Virus record (IMG/VR): IMGVR_UViG_3300027963_004416
Location: 1 to 64,000 of that record
DNA length: 64,000 bases
Direction: 5' to 3' (one strand)
DNA from: a virus
The notes below the pieces were generated by a model. That model saw only the letters and a list, made by a program, of their open reading frames with translations. It had not been told where the DNA came from and did not search any database. Positions 10,667-20,167 of the stretch are shown here, piece after piece. Position 1 is the first letter of the stretch, and every line of letters starts with the position of its first letter. The position numbers were made by a program, and so were the translations under genes.

Positions 10667-11179
10667 GTGACTAAACTATCAGAAGAGTCGGCAAAAGAAG
10701 CTGATTATCTAATTCATAAATGTTTAAGTGAGATATTTAAAGATATGGTTTGGTATCAGAACTCAGAAGGCAGATACGGTGAATCTGGTCGTAAGGGGGA
10801 TAGCGGTGAAGGGGTAGTTGAGCGCTATCTTGTAGAGAATAATATTGAATATGAAAAGAAAGAAGATCCTCATAGTCAAGTTAAATTGAAAATAGATTTT
10901 ACAGTTGATGGGCATCCTATCGATGTTAAAACTAACATCTTTAAAGGATTTCTAGGAGTAGAAGTCTATGACGATAAAGCCCGTAACGGCTGGATTTATA
11001 CTACTACTGCCCGTGAAATCTACGGTGTTGATTTAGTCTACGAAAGCATTTACTGCTATGAGGTAGATGCAATGCGAGCGCATGTAGAGAAGAACAAGCA
11101 CAGAGCTAGGCTTGTCAAGAACGGAGCTTATATTCTCTGGGTATCAAAAAACGAACCATTTATTAAGAAGCTGCAATGA
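10667..11179 (+). CDS. Hypothetical, PD-(D/E)xK nuclease-like
   Basis: GE..VE...IDF-x6-IDVKT pattern typical of the restriction-endonuclease fold; GTG start. Confidence 0.55.
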   Translation: MTKLSEESAKEADYLIHKCLSEIFKDMVWYQNSEGRYGESGRKGDSGEGVVERYLVENNIEYEKKEDPHSQVKLKIDFTVDGHPIDVKTNIFKGFLGVEVYDDKARNGWIYTTTAREIYGVDLVYESIYCYEVDAMRAHVEKNKHRARLVKNGAYILWVSKNEPFIKKLQ

Positions 11180-11964
11180 AAATAGCCCACGAAGCCCCTC
11201 TAAGTATTTTTAATAAAGTGCAAGAAGTAACCGACTATGATTATGCTCTTGTACATCTTTTTGAAGAAAATGAGAAGTACTATAGTCTTTTTGAAAGAGC
11301 ATTGCAGAAGAAACGTGAAGTAATACTTGACAATTCTGTATTTGAGCTCGGTACTGCTTTTGACAGAGACAAATACTGTGAATGGATTGAGAAGCTAGAT
11401 CCTACTTATTATATTATTCCGGATGTTCTTGAAGACGCCCAGCAAACAGTTAAGAATGTTCAGCAATGGCAACATCTTGCAGGTAAAAAGTCTATCGGGG
11501 TAGTTCAAGGTAAGAGCGTTCAAGAAATAGTCTGGTGCTATCAAGAGATTGAACCGTTAGTTGATAAGATTGCTATTTCTTTTGATTACTCTTTCTTTGT
11601 TAACGAAGAGATTAATGGCGTTCTCCCGACGAAGTACCATCACTATATGTACGGGCGAGATGCTTTAATTAATTACATGCTTAATATTGCAAATGTGATC
11701 AATATTAATAAGCCTCATCACCTTCTAGGCTGCGGGCTTCCTCAAGAGTTTGATGTGTATCGAGGCTATAAATGGATTGATTCTCTAGATACATCTAATC
11801 CTGTAGTTGCTGGTTTGAAAGATATTCGATATAATGGTATTAAAGGATTGGAAGATAAGCCTATCGAGAAGCTCTATACGCTTATTAACTCGGATATTAA
11901 TGATGAGCAATTGAGCAAGATTTTTTATAATATTGAGTGCTTTAGGTCAATAGTTAATGGTTAA
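11176..11964 (+). CDS. dpdA: DpdA-family (TGT-like) 7-deazaguanine transglycosylase, probably DpdA3-like
   Basis: TGT-like motifs ILDNSVFE, VVQG, HHLLG, SLDTSNPV; embedded in the que cluster. Confidence 0.75.
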   Translation: MKIAHEAPLSIFNKVQEVTDYDYALVHLFEENEKYYSLFERALQKKREVILDNSVFELGTAFDRDKYCEWIEKLDPTYYIIPDVLEDAQQTVKNVQQWQHLAGKKSIGVVQGKSVQEIVWCYQEIEPLVDKIAISFDYSFFVNEEINGVLPTKYHHYMYGRDALINYMLNIANVININKPHHLLGCGLPQEFDVYRGYKWIDSLDTSNPVVAGLKDIRYNGIKGLEDKPIEKLYTLINSDINDEQLSKIFYNIECFRSIVNG

Positions 11965-12502
11965 AGATAGGCGATGGGTTGCTTTATTTTCTCAGACAGG
12001 TTCTGAGATATCTGCTATTTCTTCAAAGCTTGGTATTAAGCCGGATCTAGTATATACTAATAATCTAGAGCACGCTTCGTGGCATCCTTTTATTAATACC
12101 TGTAACGTCGTATCTAATACGCATGCTAATATTATGCGGCTTATTAGAAAGGACGCATCTGATACAGTCTATACGCTGCATGGATATCTTAGGATTATTA
12201 ATGAAGATATTGTTAACTCTCGTGAAATGTATAATGGGCATCCTGGACTAATTACAAAGTACCCGGAGCTTAAAGGTAAAGATCCTCAAGAGGTGGTAGC
12301 AAAGAATCTTTCTCTTTACGATAGAATTGGAAGTATCATTCATAAGGTTACACCTGAAGTAGATGCAGGAGAGATACTTTATGAGTTTGCTGTGTTTAAT
12401 AGTTGTAACTCGCGAGAAGAGATATACGATACTCTGAAGCTTACTTCTCTTCATTCATGGCTTGCTTTTTTTAAGGATAAATTTGAATGCGAATTGGTCT
12501 AA
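11957..12502 (+). CDS. PurN-like formyltransferase (DpdN-like preQ1 formyltransferase candidate)
   Basis: ALFSQTGS, NGHPGL..YPELKG, IHKVTPEVDAGEI of the GAR-transformylase fold. Confidence 0.8.
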   Translation: MVKDRRWVALFSQTGSEISAISSKLGIKPDLVYTNNLEHASWHPFINTCNVVSNTHANIMRLIRKDASDTVYTLHGYLRIINEDIVNSREMYNGHPGLITKYPELKGKDPQEVVAKNLSLYDRIGSIIHKVTPEVDAGEILYEFAVFNSCNSREEIYDTLKLTSLHSWLAFFKDKFECELV

Positions 12503-13038
12503 GCGGTGCACAGTCTACTGGTAAAACGACTCTATTGAATGCGTTGCGTTCAGAGCCGTTCTTTAAAACCTATGATGTTTGCAGTGAAGTGACGAGAAAG
12601 GTTGCATCATATGGTCTGCCTATTAACGAAGAAGGCACTGATACAACACAAGAGCTGATTATGAATCAGCATATAGTTAATCTTTCTATGCATAATCATA
12701 TGATTACAGATAGAACAGTACTTGATGGTTATGTCTATTCCAGATATTTACGAGAGAATGGCAAGATTAAGTCTGATACTATGGATTATGTTGAGACTGT
12801 TTTTAATCGAATGATAAGTGGGTATGATATGATTTTTTATATTGCACCAGAGTTCGAGATTAAAAATGATGGTGTTCGCTCTATTAATACTTTCTTTAGA
12901 GAACGTATAGTAAATATCTTCGACGAAGCCATTACACGTTTTGAGATTCCAGTCTATCGTGTAAAAGGTACGGTGAGGGAGCGAGTTCAATTTGTACTTA
13001 ATGCAGTAGAAATTAATAGGGAAATGAATAAAATATGA
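12487..13038 (+). CDS. P-loop nucleoside/nucleotide kinase (NadR/AAA_28-like)
   Basis: GAQSTGKTT, ITDRTVLD..Y, DGVR. Confidence 0.75.
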   Translation: MRIGLSGAQSTGKTTLLNALRSEPFFKTYDVCSEVTRKVASYGLPINEEGTDTTQELIMNQHIVNLSMHNHMITDRTVLDGYVYSRYLRENGKIKSDTMDYVETVFNRMISGYDMIFYIAPEFEIKNDGVRSINTFFRERIVNIFDEAITRFEIPVYRVKGTVRERVQFVLNAVEINREMNKI

Positions 13039-13964
13039 GTGATAATCAAAAAACATTAAATGATCTTGTCTCAGTTCACCTAGGTCGCGCAGGTGATGGG
13101 ACAGTAGTCAAGCCCTATGTTACACCAGATAGTGTAGATGAGTCGCTTCTGGTATCTGTGCCTAGACAGCTTAATCGAACTGAGTATGAGCTTCACGACG
13201 ACAATCTACCCTTCATCGGACACGATGCGTGGAATGCTTATGAATTCTCAACCTTACTTAAGAACGGATTTCCTATTTCCGGCTGGTTGAAGTTTGTTTG
13301 CGATAGCAAAAGCCCTAACATTGTAGAGTCAAAGTCAGTAAAGCTATATCTCAATTCTTATAATATGGCCAAGCTGATGGATACCCCGGATGATCTATGG
13401 ATGATCGAAGACCAGATCTCTTCTCATCTAAGCAGAGCCACCGGTGCTGATGTATGGGTACAGATTGCAATTGGTCATGTGGATGAGTCTATTCCTATTA
13501 AAGGTGACTTTACTTCGCTCGAATCGTATTGCAATATACTAGAACTAACGTTTGACGAATATACCGAAAGGTCTGATATTCTACAGGTTGTTCCTAGTAT
13601 AGGGCGTTACGAGCGTTGGCGTTCGCATTCGTTGCGTTCAAACTGCCGAGTAACTAATCAGCCTGATTGGGGAGATGTGTACGTTCATATTAAAGGTAAA
13701 AACGCAGTTACACCAGAATCTCTTCTGCAATATATTGTAAGCATGCGCAAAGAGAATCATTTCCATGAAGAGATTTGTGAATGTATTTACAAGCGACTTT
13801 ACGATATCCTAGAGCCAGAAGAGCTTCTAGTTGCATGCTTGTATACACGTCGTGGCGGTATTGATATTAATCCGGTTCGCGCTTCATCATCAGAAGTATT
13901 GTATCAATATGCAGGCTCTTTGGTGTCTGAATTTAATTTCTGCAAAAAGACGATGAGGCAGTAA
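13035..13964 (+). CDS. queF: preQ0 nitrile reductase QueF (bimodular)
   Basis: VESKSVKLYLNSY, LRSNCRVTNQPDWG, FHEEICE, YTRRGGIDINP. Confidence 0.92.
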   Translation: MSDNQKTLNDLVSVHLGRAGDGTVVKPYVTPDSVDESLLVSVPRQLNRTEYELHDDNLPFIGHDAWNAYEFSTLLKNGFPISGWLKFVCDSKSPNIVESKSVKLYLNSYNMAKLMDTPDDLWMIEDQISSHLSRATGADVWVQIAIGHVDESIPIKGDFTSLESYCNILELTFDEYTERSDILQVVPSIGRYERWRSHSLRSNCRVTNQPDWGDVYVHIKGKNAVTPESLLQYIVSMRKENHFHEEICECIYKRLYDILEPEELLVACLYTRRGGIDINPVRASSSEVLYQYAGSLVSEFNFCKKTMRQ

Positions 13965-14164
13965 TGGATTCACCGGATAAGAATGTTAATGAAATTTGTG
14001 ACGAGTTCGTTGCTAGATCTTTACACGGGTATAACAAGTACAGAGTTACAACAGAAAGAACCGATCTAAACTTTGATCAATGGGTACAGCATCTTAAAGA
14101 AGAGCTAATGGATGCTGTAGTCTATATTCATAGAGTGCAGAAGGAACGAAATGAACCTAAGTGA
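13964..14164 (+). CDS. Small all-alpha NTP pyrophosphohydrolase-like (MazG-like) protein
   Basis: G..KY and HLKEELMDAVVY acidic helix (EExxD). Confidence 0.5.
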   Translation: MDSPDKNVNEICDEFVARSLHGYNKYRVTTERTDLNFDQWVQHLKEELMDAVVYIHRVQKERNEPK

Positions 14165-14903
14165 TGCTCTTAGTAGCCTACCTGATACTAATAAAAACGT
14201 TTTAGCCGTATTGTCAGGCGGGTTGGACTCTTCTATCATGACCATGCTTCTGGTAGAGAAATATGGGGCTGATAAAGTATTTGCGCTCTCATATGATTAT
14301 GGCCAGAAGCAGAAACATGAACTCAATTGCGCAACAACGCTATGTGAATCGCTAGGTATTGATCATAAAATTCTTGATCTATCTATTCTAGGAGAAATAG
14401 CTAAGCCTATTTCAGCTAATATTAGTGGTACAGATGTTGCCATGCCTACAATTAAAGACGTTTTAGGAGACCCTCAACCTAAAACGTACGTACCTTTTAG
14501 AAATTTGATTTTATTGTCTCTTACTCTTGCGCAGGCTGAAGCTACAGATGCATCATATGTGTTTACTGGTCTACAGGTTCATGACGAGTATGGCTATTGG
14601 GATACAACACAACGGTTTGTAGATAGCATTAATACGGTAGCGGAGCAGAATAGAACACATAAAGTTAAGATAGTTGCACCGTTCAGTCACCTCAGCAAGC
14701 ATCAAGAGATCGAAATCTGTAAAGAACTTAAGCTAGAACATCTCCTACAGTATACTTTGACTTGCTATAATCCATCAGACGATGGTGAGAGCTGCGGTAA
14801 GTGTCCTTCTTGTGCAGAAAGGATAGCTAACTTCGCTAAAGCAGGGTTAGAAGATCCGGTAGATTATTCTATTGATATACCGTGGGATAAGTTGATTAAG
14901 TAA
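14151..14903 (+). CDS. queC: 7-cyano-7-deazaguanine synthase QueC
   Basis: SGGLDS, YGQK, YVPFRN, TCY...CGKCPSC. Confidence 0.95.
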   Translation: MNLSDALSSLPDTNKNVLAVLSGGLDSSIMTMLLVEKYGADKVFALSYDYGQKQKHELNCATTLCESLGIDHKILDLSILGEIAKPISANISGTDVAMPTIKDVLGDPQPKTYVPFRNLILLSLTLAQAEATDASYVFTGLQVHDEYGYWDTTQRFVDSINTVAEQNRTHKVKIVAPFSHLSKHQEIEICKELKLEHLLQYTLTCYNPSDDGESCGKCPSCAERIANFAKAGLEDPVDYSIDIPWDKLIK

Positions 14904-14946
14904 TGAGTATATTCTATAATTAATCAACTCAACGGATAATTATAAT

Positions 14947-15627
14947 ATGTGCGCAATTATTGGTTCATTTGATACAACAAAGCTACACGAGCTTATTAAG
15001 TTAAATTCCTATCGAGGAAGTCATTCGTATTCGTTCTCTCTGTATGATACGTATACCGGTACACTTACTTTAATCAAGCAAGGTCTTGGTAATATCGATT
15101 TGTCTTTGGTAGAAGTGCCGCAGAGACAGTACGGAGTGGTTCATGTTCAAGCACCTACTACAGAGTCAAATAGTATTAATTCAATTCACCCGGCGCGCAT
15201 GGATTTGATTTCGACGTTCCAGGTTAGTAAGGACGTCAAGCATGAAGTATATGAAAAATGCCTCTGGCATAATGGTATTCTAAAGGAAGATGTAGTTAAG
15301 AAGTTGCAGGAGCATAGCGGAGATATTAAATGGGATACAATGCTTATGCTTCTTGAACTCTATGCAAACGGATGGTATGCATTAGACAAGCTTGATGGTT
15401 CTTTTAGTTGCCTATATTATGCAACTAATAATATGTACTTGTTTAGGAATGAAATTTCACCGATGTTTATTGATGATAAGCTTAACGTATCATCTACGAA
15501 GTTTGAGAGTTCAAAGGCAACTGAGTCTAATAAAGTGTTGATGATGAACTTTGAAAATAAGACAGCAAGCCCGATCTTTAGTTTTAAGACGGTTGAGAAT
15601 CCTTACTTTTTTGGAGATGAAGTATGA
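14947..15627 (+). CDS. Class II (Ntn) glutamine amidotransferase domain protein
   Basis: N-terminal M-C-A-I-I-G, YRG, WHNGIL, WDT, DGSFS. Confidence 0.8.
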   Translation: MCAIIGSFDTTKLHELIKLNSYRGSHSYSFSLYDTYTGTLTLIKQGLGNIDLSLVEVPQRQYGVVHVQAPTTESNSINSIHPARMDLISTFQVSKDVKHEVYEKCLWHNGILKEDVVKKLQEHSGDIKWDTMLMLLELYANGWYALDKLDGSFSCLYYATNNMYLFRNEISPMFIDDKLNVSSTKFESSKATESNKVLMMNFENKTASPIFSFKTVENPYFFGDEV

Positions 15628-16124
15628 AGCATGTTTACGGTCGACATTCAGAGACAACTCTTTCGCATGTTGATTCTAAGTCTGATGTGCAACCGAACGC
15701 AGTAGACTTGAGATTGGGTAAGGTATATAAAATAAGTAATACTGTATTTGAAATTACTAACCATAGTAAGACTCATAGAGGTTCGACAGAAATTCACCCG
15801 GATGTAGATGGATTTTTCGAGCTTGAACCTGGCTCTTATGAAGTAATCATGAAGAATAGTATCACCGTAGGCCCTAACGAGGCCGGGTGGGTAATTACAC
15901 GAAGCACGCTGAATCGCAATGGAGTATTTCTTACTTCTGGCCTTTACGATTCAGGGTATAGTGGTGTTATGGCAGGGGTAATGCATGTAACGTGCGGACC
16001 TGCTAGAATTAAAAAGGGTACTCGTATTGGTCAGTACTTGAGTTTTGATGCAGAGGCGCTACACCTATATGACGGCGACTATGGGGTAGGTAAGGAACAT
16101 GATAAAAAATATGGAGCATCGTAA
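15624..16124 (+). CDS. Trimeric dUTPase / dCTP deaminase family
   Basis: QPNAVDLRL, RSTLNRNG, YDSGYSG, RIGQ. Confidence 0.85.
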   Translation: MKHVYGRHSETTLSHVDSKSDVQPNAVDLRLGKVYKISNTVFEITNHSKTHRGSTEIHPDVDGFFELEPGSYEVIMKNSITVGPNEAGWVITRSTLNRNGVFLTSGLYDSGYSGVMAGVMHVTCGPARIKKGTRIGQYLSFDAEALHLYDGDYGVGKEHDKKYGAS

Positions 16125-17074
16125 TGCAAATCCAAATCGCAGTTGAAGAATTACAGAAGAAAAAGCTATTCGTAGCTACGCCTATGTACGGTGGTCAGTG
16201 CGCAGGTATGTATACACGTAGCATTGCTGACCTTTCAGCAATGTGTGCAAAGTATAATATCCCTTTGCAGCTTTACTACTTGTTTAACGAGTCTCTTATT
16301 ACCAGAGCTCGTAACTATTGCGTAGATGAGTTTATGCGGTCAGATGCAACTCACCTAATGTTTATCGATAGTGATATCGGGTTTAACCCTCAAGACATTC
16401 TCGCTTTACTTGCTCTTATGACTGATGAGAGTGATTATGACGTTATGGGCGGCCCTTATCCCAAGAAGTGTATTTCCTGGGAAAAGATTAAGCAAGCAGT
16501 TGATAAGGGTGTAGCTGAAGAGGATCCAAACAAGCTAGAAAATTATGTTGGCGACTATGTATTCAATCCAAAGTCAAATACACGTGAGATTCCGCTTGGT
16601 GAGCCGGTTGAAGTTCTAGAAATTGGTACAGGCTTTATGATGGTTCAGCGTCGTGCATTTGAGCGCTATAAGGAAGCTTATCCATACCTGTCGTACAAGC
16701 CTGACCATGTCCGTACAGAGCATTTCGATGGTACACGTGAGATTCATGCCTACTTCGATTGTATTATCGACCGGGGTTTTAGCTATCAATCTCTACATGA
16801 TCTACTGGAAGACGTTGCTAACGGCAAGGAAGGTTTGCAAGCTGCAGCTAAGAAGATTGTTGACAACGAAAAAGAATCGTCTAAGCGTTACCTCTCAGAA
16901 GACTATAATTTCTGCTATCATGCAGCTAAGGCAGGTCTTAAGGTTTGGTTCTGCCCTTGGATGAAGCTACAGCACGTTGGCTCGTATATCTTCGGTGGTA
17001 GTTTGATTGACCTTGCTACGATTGGTGCTTCGGCAACAGCTGATGTATCGCAGCTACGGAAAGGTAAAAAATGA
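16124..17074 (+). CDS. GT-A fold glycosyltransferase-like protein
   Basis: ATPMYGG, NESLITRARN, FIDSDIGF (DxD), GTGFM, YLSEDY.FC. Confidence 0.7.
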   Translation: MQIQIAVEELQKKKLFVATPMYGGQCAGMYTRSIADLSAMCAKYNIPLQLYYLFNESLITRARNYCVDEFMRSDATHLMFIDSDIGFNPQDILALLALMTDESDYDVMGGPYPKKCISWEKIKQAVDKGVAEEDPNKLENYVGDYVFNPKSNTREIPLGEPVEVLEIGTGFMMVQRRAFERYKEAYPYLSYKPDHVRTEHFDGTREIHAYFDCIIDRGFSYQSLHDLLEDVANGKEGLQAAAKKIVDNEKESSKRYLSEDYNFCYHAAKAGLKVWFCPWMKLQHVGSYIFGGSLIDLATIGASATADVSQLRKGKK

Positions 17075-17730
17075 AATTAGATCAAAGAACAGTTCAAATC
17101 CTTAAGAACTTTTCTACGATTAACCCCTCTCTTATTTTTAGAGAGGGGAAGGTTCTCACGACAGTATCTCCTCAGAAAACAATTATGGCGTCAGCAACGA
17201 TTAAAGAAGAGATCCCCCGCTCCTTTGCAATCTATGATTTGTCGCGTTTTCTAGGAGTACTGTCGCTTTTCGATCAACCTGAATTAGATATTCAAGAAAG
17301 TAATATGACTATCTCTTCTGGTAAGCAGAAGGTTCAGTATACGTTTGCAGATCCTAGAATGATTATTAGTTCAGACGCTAAAGGTGTAAACATGCCAGAG
17401 GCGGAAATTAACTTTGTTCTAACTGCAGAAGACTTGCAGAAGGTTTCAAAAGCTTTGGGCGTACTTCAACTACCTGAAATCGCGGTAACAGGCGAGGATG
17501 GCGAGATGTATCTTGAGGCTATTGATTCAAAGAATCCTTCTAGTGATAACTACCGCGTTCACTTGAAGAGCACGGAGCATACTTTCAGGATGATCTTTAA
17601 GGCAGAAAATATTAAGGTAATGGGTGGTAGCTACGATGTTAACATCACTTCTAAGGGGGTCGCACAATTTAAGAGTGATGATGTTACATACTGGGTAGCA
17701 ACCGAAGCAAGTTCAAACTTTCAAGCATGA
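17071..17730 (+). CDS. gp45: Sliding clamp gp45
   Basis: ILKNFSTINPS, FAIYDLSRFLG, YWVATE. Confidence 0.93.
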   Translation: MKLDQRTVQILKNFSTINPSLIFREGKVLTTVSPQKTIMASATIKEEIPRSFAIYDLSRFLGVLSLFDQPELDIQESNMTISSGKQKVQYTFADPRMIISSDAKGVNMPEAEINFVLTAEDLQKVSKALGVLQLPEIAVTGEDGEMYLEAIDSKNPSSDNYRVHLKSTEHTFRMIFKAENIKVMGGSYDVNITSKGVAQFKSDDVTYWVATEASSNFQA

Positions 17731-18293
17731 AAAACTACGTCGAGATAGGCACTAGCGATTTTGACAATCTCGATAACTTCTTAACTCCGGATAACAGGGT
17801 CTACTTCGTAGAGCCTGTTTCAGAGTATCTTGACTCTCTTAAAAAAAGAATAGGCACTAATGATGGTGCCTTTTTTGATAACTGTGCTATTTCTAGCTAT
17901 AATGGGAAAGCTGAAATAACCTATATTGACCCTAATACTGCTTCAGAGCAATGGGTTAGAGGTATTAGTCATTTAAACTTCTCTAGTAGTAATTTAATTG
18001 AACGTAACTTAAAAGAAGGCTACTTAAGTTCATGCAAGGCTATTACGAGAAATGTTAAGTGTTTTACTTTAGATTACTTTTTTTACAGGCATGGTATTAG
18101 AGATGTAGAGTATTTAAAGATGGATGTAGAAGGTCATGAACTAGAGATTCTATGTGCTTATAACTGGAGAGTAAAACCGAAGAAGCTTAAAATAGAACAT
18201 AAGTTTGTTGATCTCAATGTGCTTTTGAGTATCTTAGCAGAACAAGGGTATACTGTTCTTGTTCATGGTGATGATGTATATGCGACGCTTTAG
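17727..18293 (+). CDS. FkbM-family SAM methyltransferase
   Basis: VEIG, FVEP, NCAIS, YLKMDVEGHE, IEH. Confidence 0.8.
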   Translation: MKNYVEIGTSDFDNLDNFLTPDNRVYFVEPVSEYLDSLKKRIGTNDGAFFDNCAISSYNGKAEITYIDPNTASEQWVRGISHLNFSSSNLIERNLKEGYLSSCKAITRNVKCFTLDYFFYRHGIRDVEYLKMDVEGHELEILCAYNWRVKPKKLKIEHKFVDLNVLLSILAEQGYTVLVHGDDVYATL

Positions 18294-18301
18294 GATATAT
18301 T

Positions 18302-19234
18302 ATGAAAGAATTTCTATGGGTAGAGAAGTATCGCCCGCGCACTATCGAAGAAACTATTCTTCCTGACGAATTAAAAACTGCTTTTCAAACGTTTGTCGAT
18401 CAAAAAAACGTACCTAATTTGCTATTAACTGGTCGTGCAGGTGTAGGTAAGACGACCGTTGCTAAGGCCATGCTTGAGCAGTTGGGGTGTGACTATATCG
18501 TAATTAACGGTTCTATGAACGGTAATATCGATACACTCCGTAATGAGATACAACAGTTTGCATCCTCCGTTTCCCTTGTTGGAGGTCGTAAATATGTTAT
18601 TCTAGATGAAGCAGACTATCTTAACCCAAACAGCACTCAGCCTGCCTTACGCAATTTTATGGAGGAATTCTCTAAGAATTGCGGGTTTATTCTTACATGC
18701 AACTTTCGTAACCGTATCATTGATCCTCTTCATTCACGGTGCTCAGTTGTTGAATTTAAGATTCCTAAGTCGTCTAGACCTAAGATGGCTACTAAGTTTT
18801 ATAATCGTGTAGCAGAGATTCTTAATTCTGAAAAGGTTGAGTTTGAGTCAAAAGCTCTTGCAGTAGTAGTAGAAAGGTTCTTTCCAGACTTCCGTAGAAC
18901 CTTAAACGAGCTTCAACGATACTCTGCTACGGGTAAAATTGATACCGGTATACTCTCTTCATTTACCGATACTAAGTTTAAAGAGCTAGTAGGTTTGCTA
19001 AAAGAAAAGAACTTTAGCGGTATTCGTAAATGGGTAGGTGAATCAGAGGTAGACGACGCAGTTTTTTTTAGACAGTTCTATGATTCAGCGTCTGAATGCT
19101 TGCAACCATCTTCTGTACCGCAGTTAATCTTAATCATAGCAGAGTATCAATACAAAGCTGCTTTTGTTGCGGACAGAGAGATTAATCTTGTAGCCTTTCT
19201 TACAGAGACAATGGTTAACTGTGAATTCAAATGA
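18302..19234 (+). CDS. gp44: Clamp loader large subunit gp44
   Basis: LWVEKYRP, GVGKTT, DEAD, SRC. Confidence 0.95.
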   Translation: MKEFLWVEKYRPRTIEETILPDELKTAFQTFVDQKNVPNLLLTGRAGVGKTTVAKAMLEQLGCDYIVINGSMNGNIDTLRNEIQQFASSVSLVGGRKYVILDEADYLNPNSTQPALRNFMEEFSKNCGFILTCNFRNRIIDPLHSRCSVVEFKIPKSSRPKMATKFYNRVAEILNSEKVEFESKALAVVVERFFPDFRRTLNELQRYSATGKIDTGILSSFTDTKFKELVGLLKEKNFSGIRKWVGESEVDDAVFFRQFYDSASECLQPSSVPQLILIIAEYQYKAAFVADREINLVAFLTETMVNCEFK

Positions 19235-19614
19235 ACCCGTTTGACTTTACAAATTCCATTACCTATAACAAAAAAGACCTAATAGGAGACTCGGATAACG
19301 AAGAACTCTCCGAGAAGTCTTATTCGCCTTTTCTAATTAATAAGTCGCTATCATATTTTCCTGATACCGTTCTTTATGCTAATGAAGTAAACCGATACAG
19401 CCATCTAGATAATAAACTTCAATATTACTATCTCCTATATAGTATTAGGTCCCAAAAGCGATTTGCTAAATGGGTAAAAAAACAAGATAGTAATGATTTT
19501 GAAGCTGTTAAGCAGTTTTATGGTTATAGCGATGAGAAAGCCTCTCAAGCATTATCCTTGCTATCGAATGATCAAATTAGCATGATCAAAAAACAATTAG
19601 AAAAAGGTGGCTAA
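19231..19614 (+). CDS. gp62: Clamp loader small subunit gp62
   Basis: YSPFLINKSLSYFPDTVLYANE, KRFAKW. Confidence 0.9.
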   Translation: MNPFDFTNSITYNKKDLIGDSDNEELSEKSYSPFLINKSLSYFPDTVLYANEVNRYSHLDNKLQYYYLLYSIRSQKRFAKWVKKQDSNDFEAVKQFYGYSDEKASQALSLLSNDQISMIKKQLEKGG

Positions 19615-20013
19615 ATGAACGTGCTTGATAGCTTGATTGAAGTTCGTCTAATAAAGGAGGACGACTTTTTAAAAATTCGTGAAACTCTCACTCGTATCGG
19701 TGTGGCTTCGAGAAAAGACCGTAAGCTTTATCAATCATGTCATATTCTCCATAAGCAAGGTAGATACTATGTTGTACATTTTAAAGAATTATTCTTATTG
19801 GATGGTAAGCCATCTAACTTCTCCGAGGATGATATTGCCCGGCGCAATACGATAGTTAATCTTCTTACTGAGTGGGGACTTATACAACAGATTAACCCTC
19901 TAAAAACCAGAGAACCAGTTTCACCTTTGTCACAGATCAAAGTTCTTCCCTATAAAGAAAAAGACGAATGGGAATTAGTAGCAAAGTACAACATTGGTCG
20001 TAAGGTAAGATAA
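19615..20013 (+). CDS. regA: Translational repressor RegA
   Basis: DFLKIRETLTRIGVAS, LYQSCHILHKQGRYY.VHFKELF. Confidence 0.95.
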   Translation: MNVLDSLIEVRLIKEDDFLKIRETLTRIGVASRKDRKLYQSCHILHKQGRYYVVHFKELFLLDGKPSNFSEDDIARRNTIVNLLTEWGLIQQINPLKTREPVSPLSQIKVLPYKEKDEWELVAKYNIGRKVR

Positions 20014-20065
20014 CAATTGCATTCTTTTACTTTCTAAACTATAATTTATTTGTTGTTGAGAAATA

Positions 20066-20159
20066 CCTCCTGTAGTTTAATGGTAAAACACCCGGCTTAT
20101 ACCCGGCATTGGCTCTAGATGGGGGCACGTTACAGGTTCGAATCCTGTCGGGAGGACCA
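20066..20159 (+). tRNA. tRNA-Ile(UAU) with long variable arm
   Basis: Acceptor CCTCCTG/CGGGAGG, loop CT-TAT-AC, TTCGAAT T-loop, CCA; about 23-nt extra arm. Confidence 0.75.
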
Positions 20160-20167
20160 GATTAATT

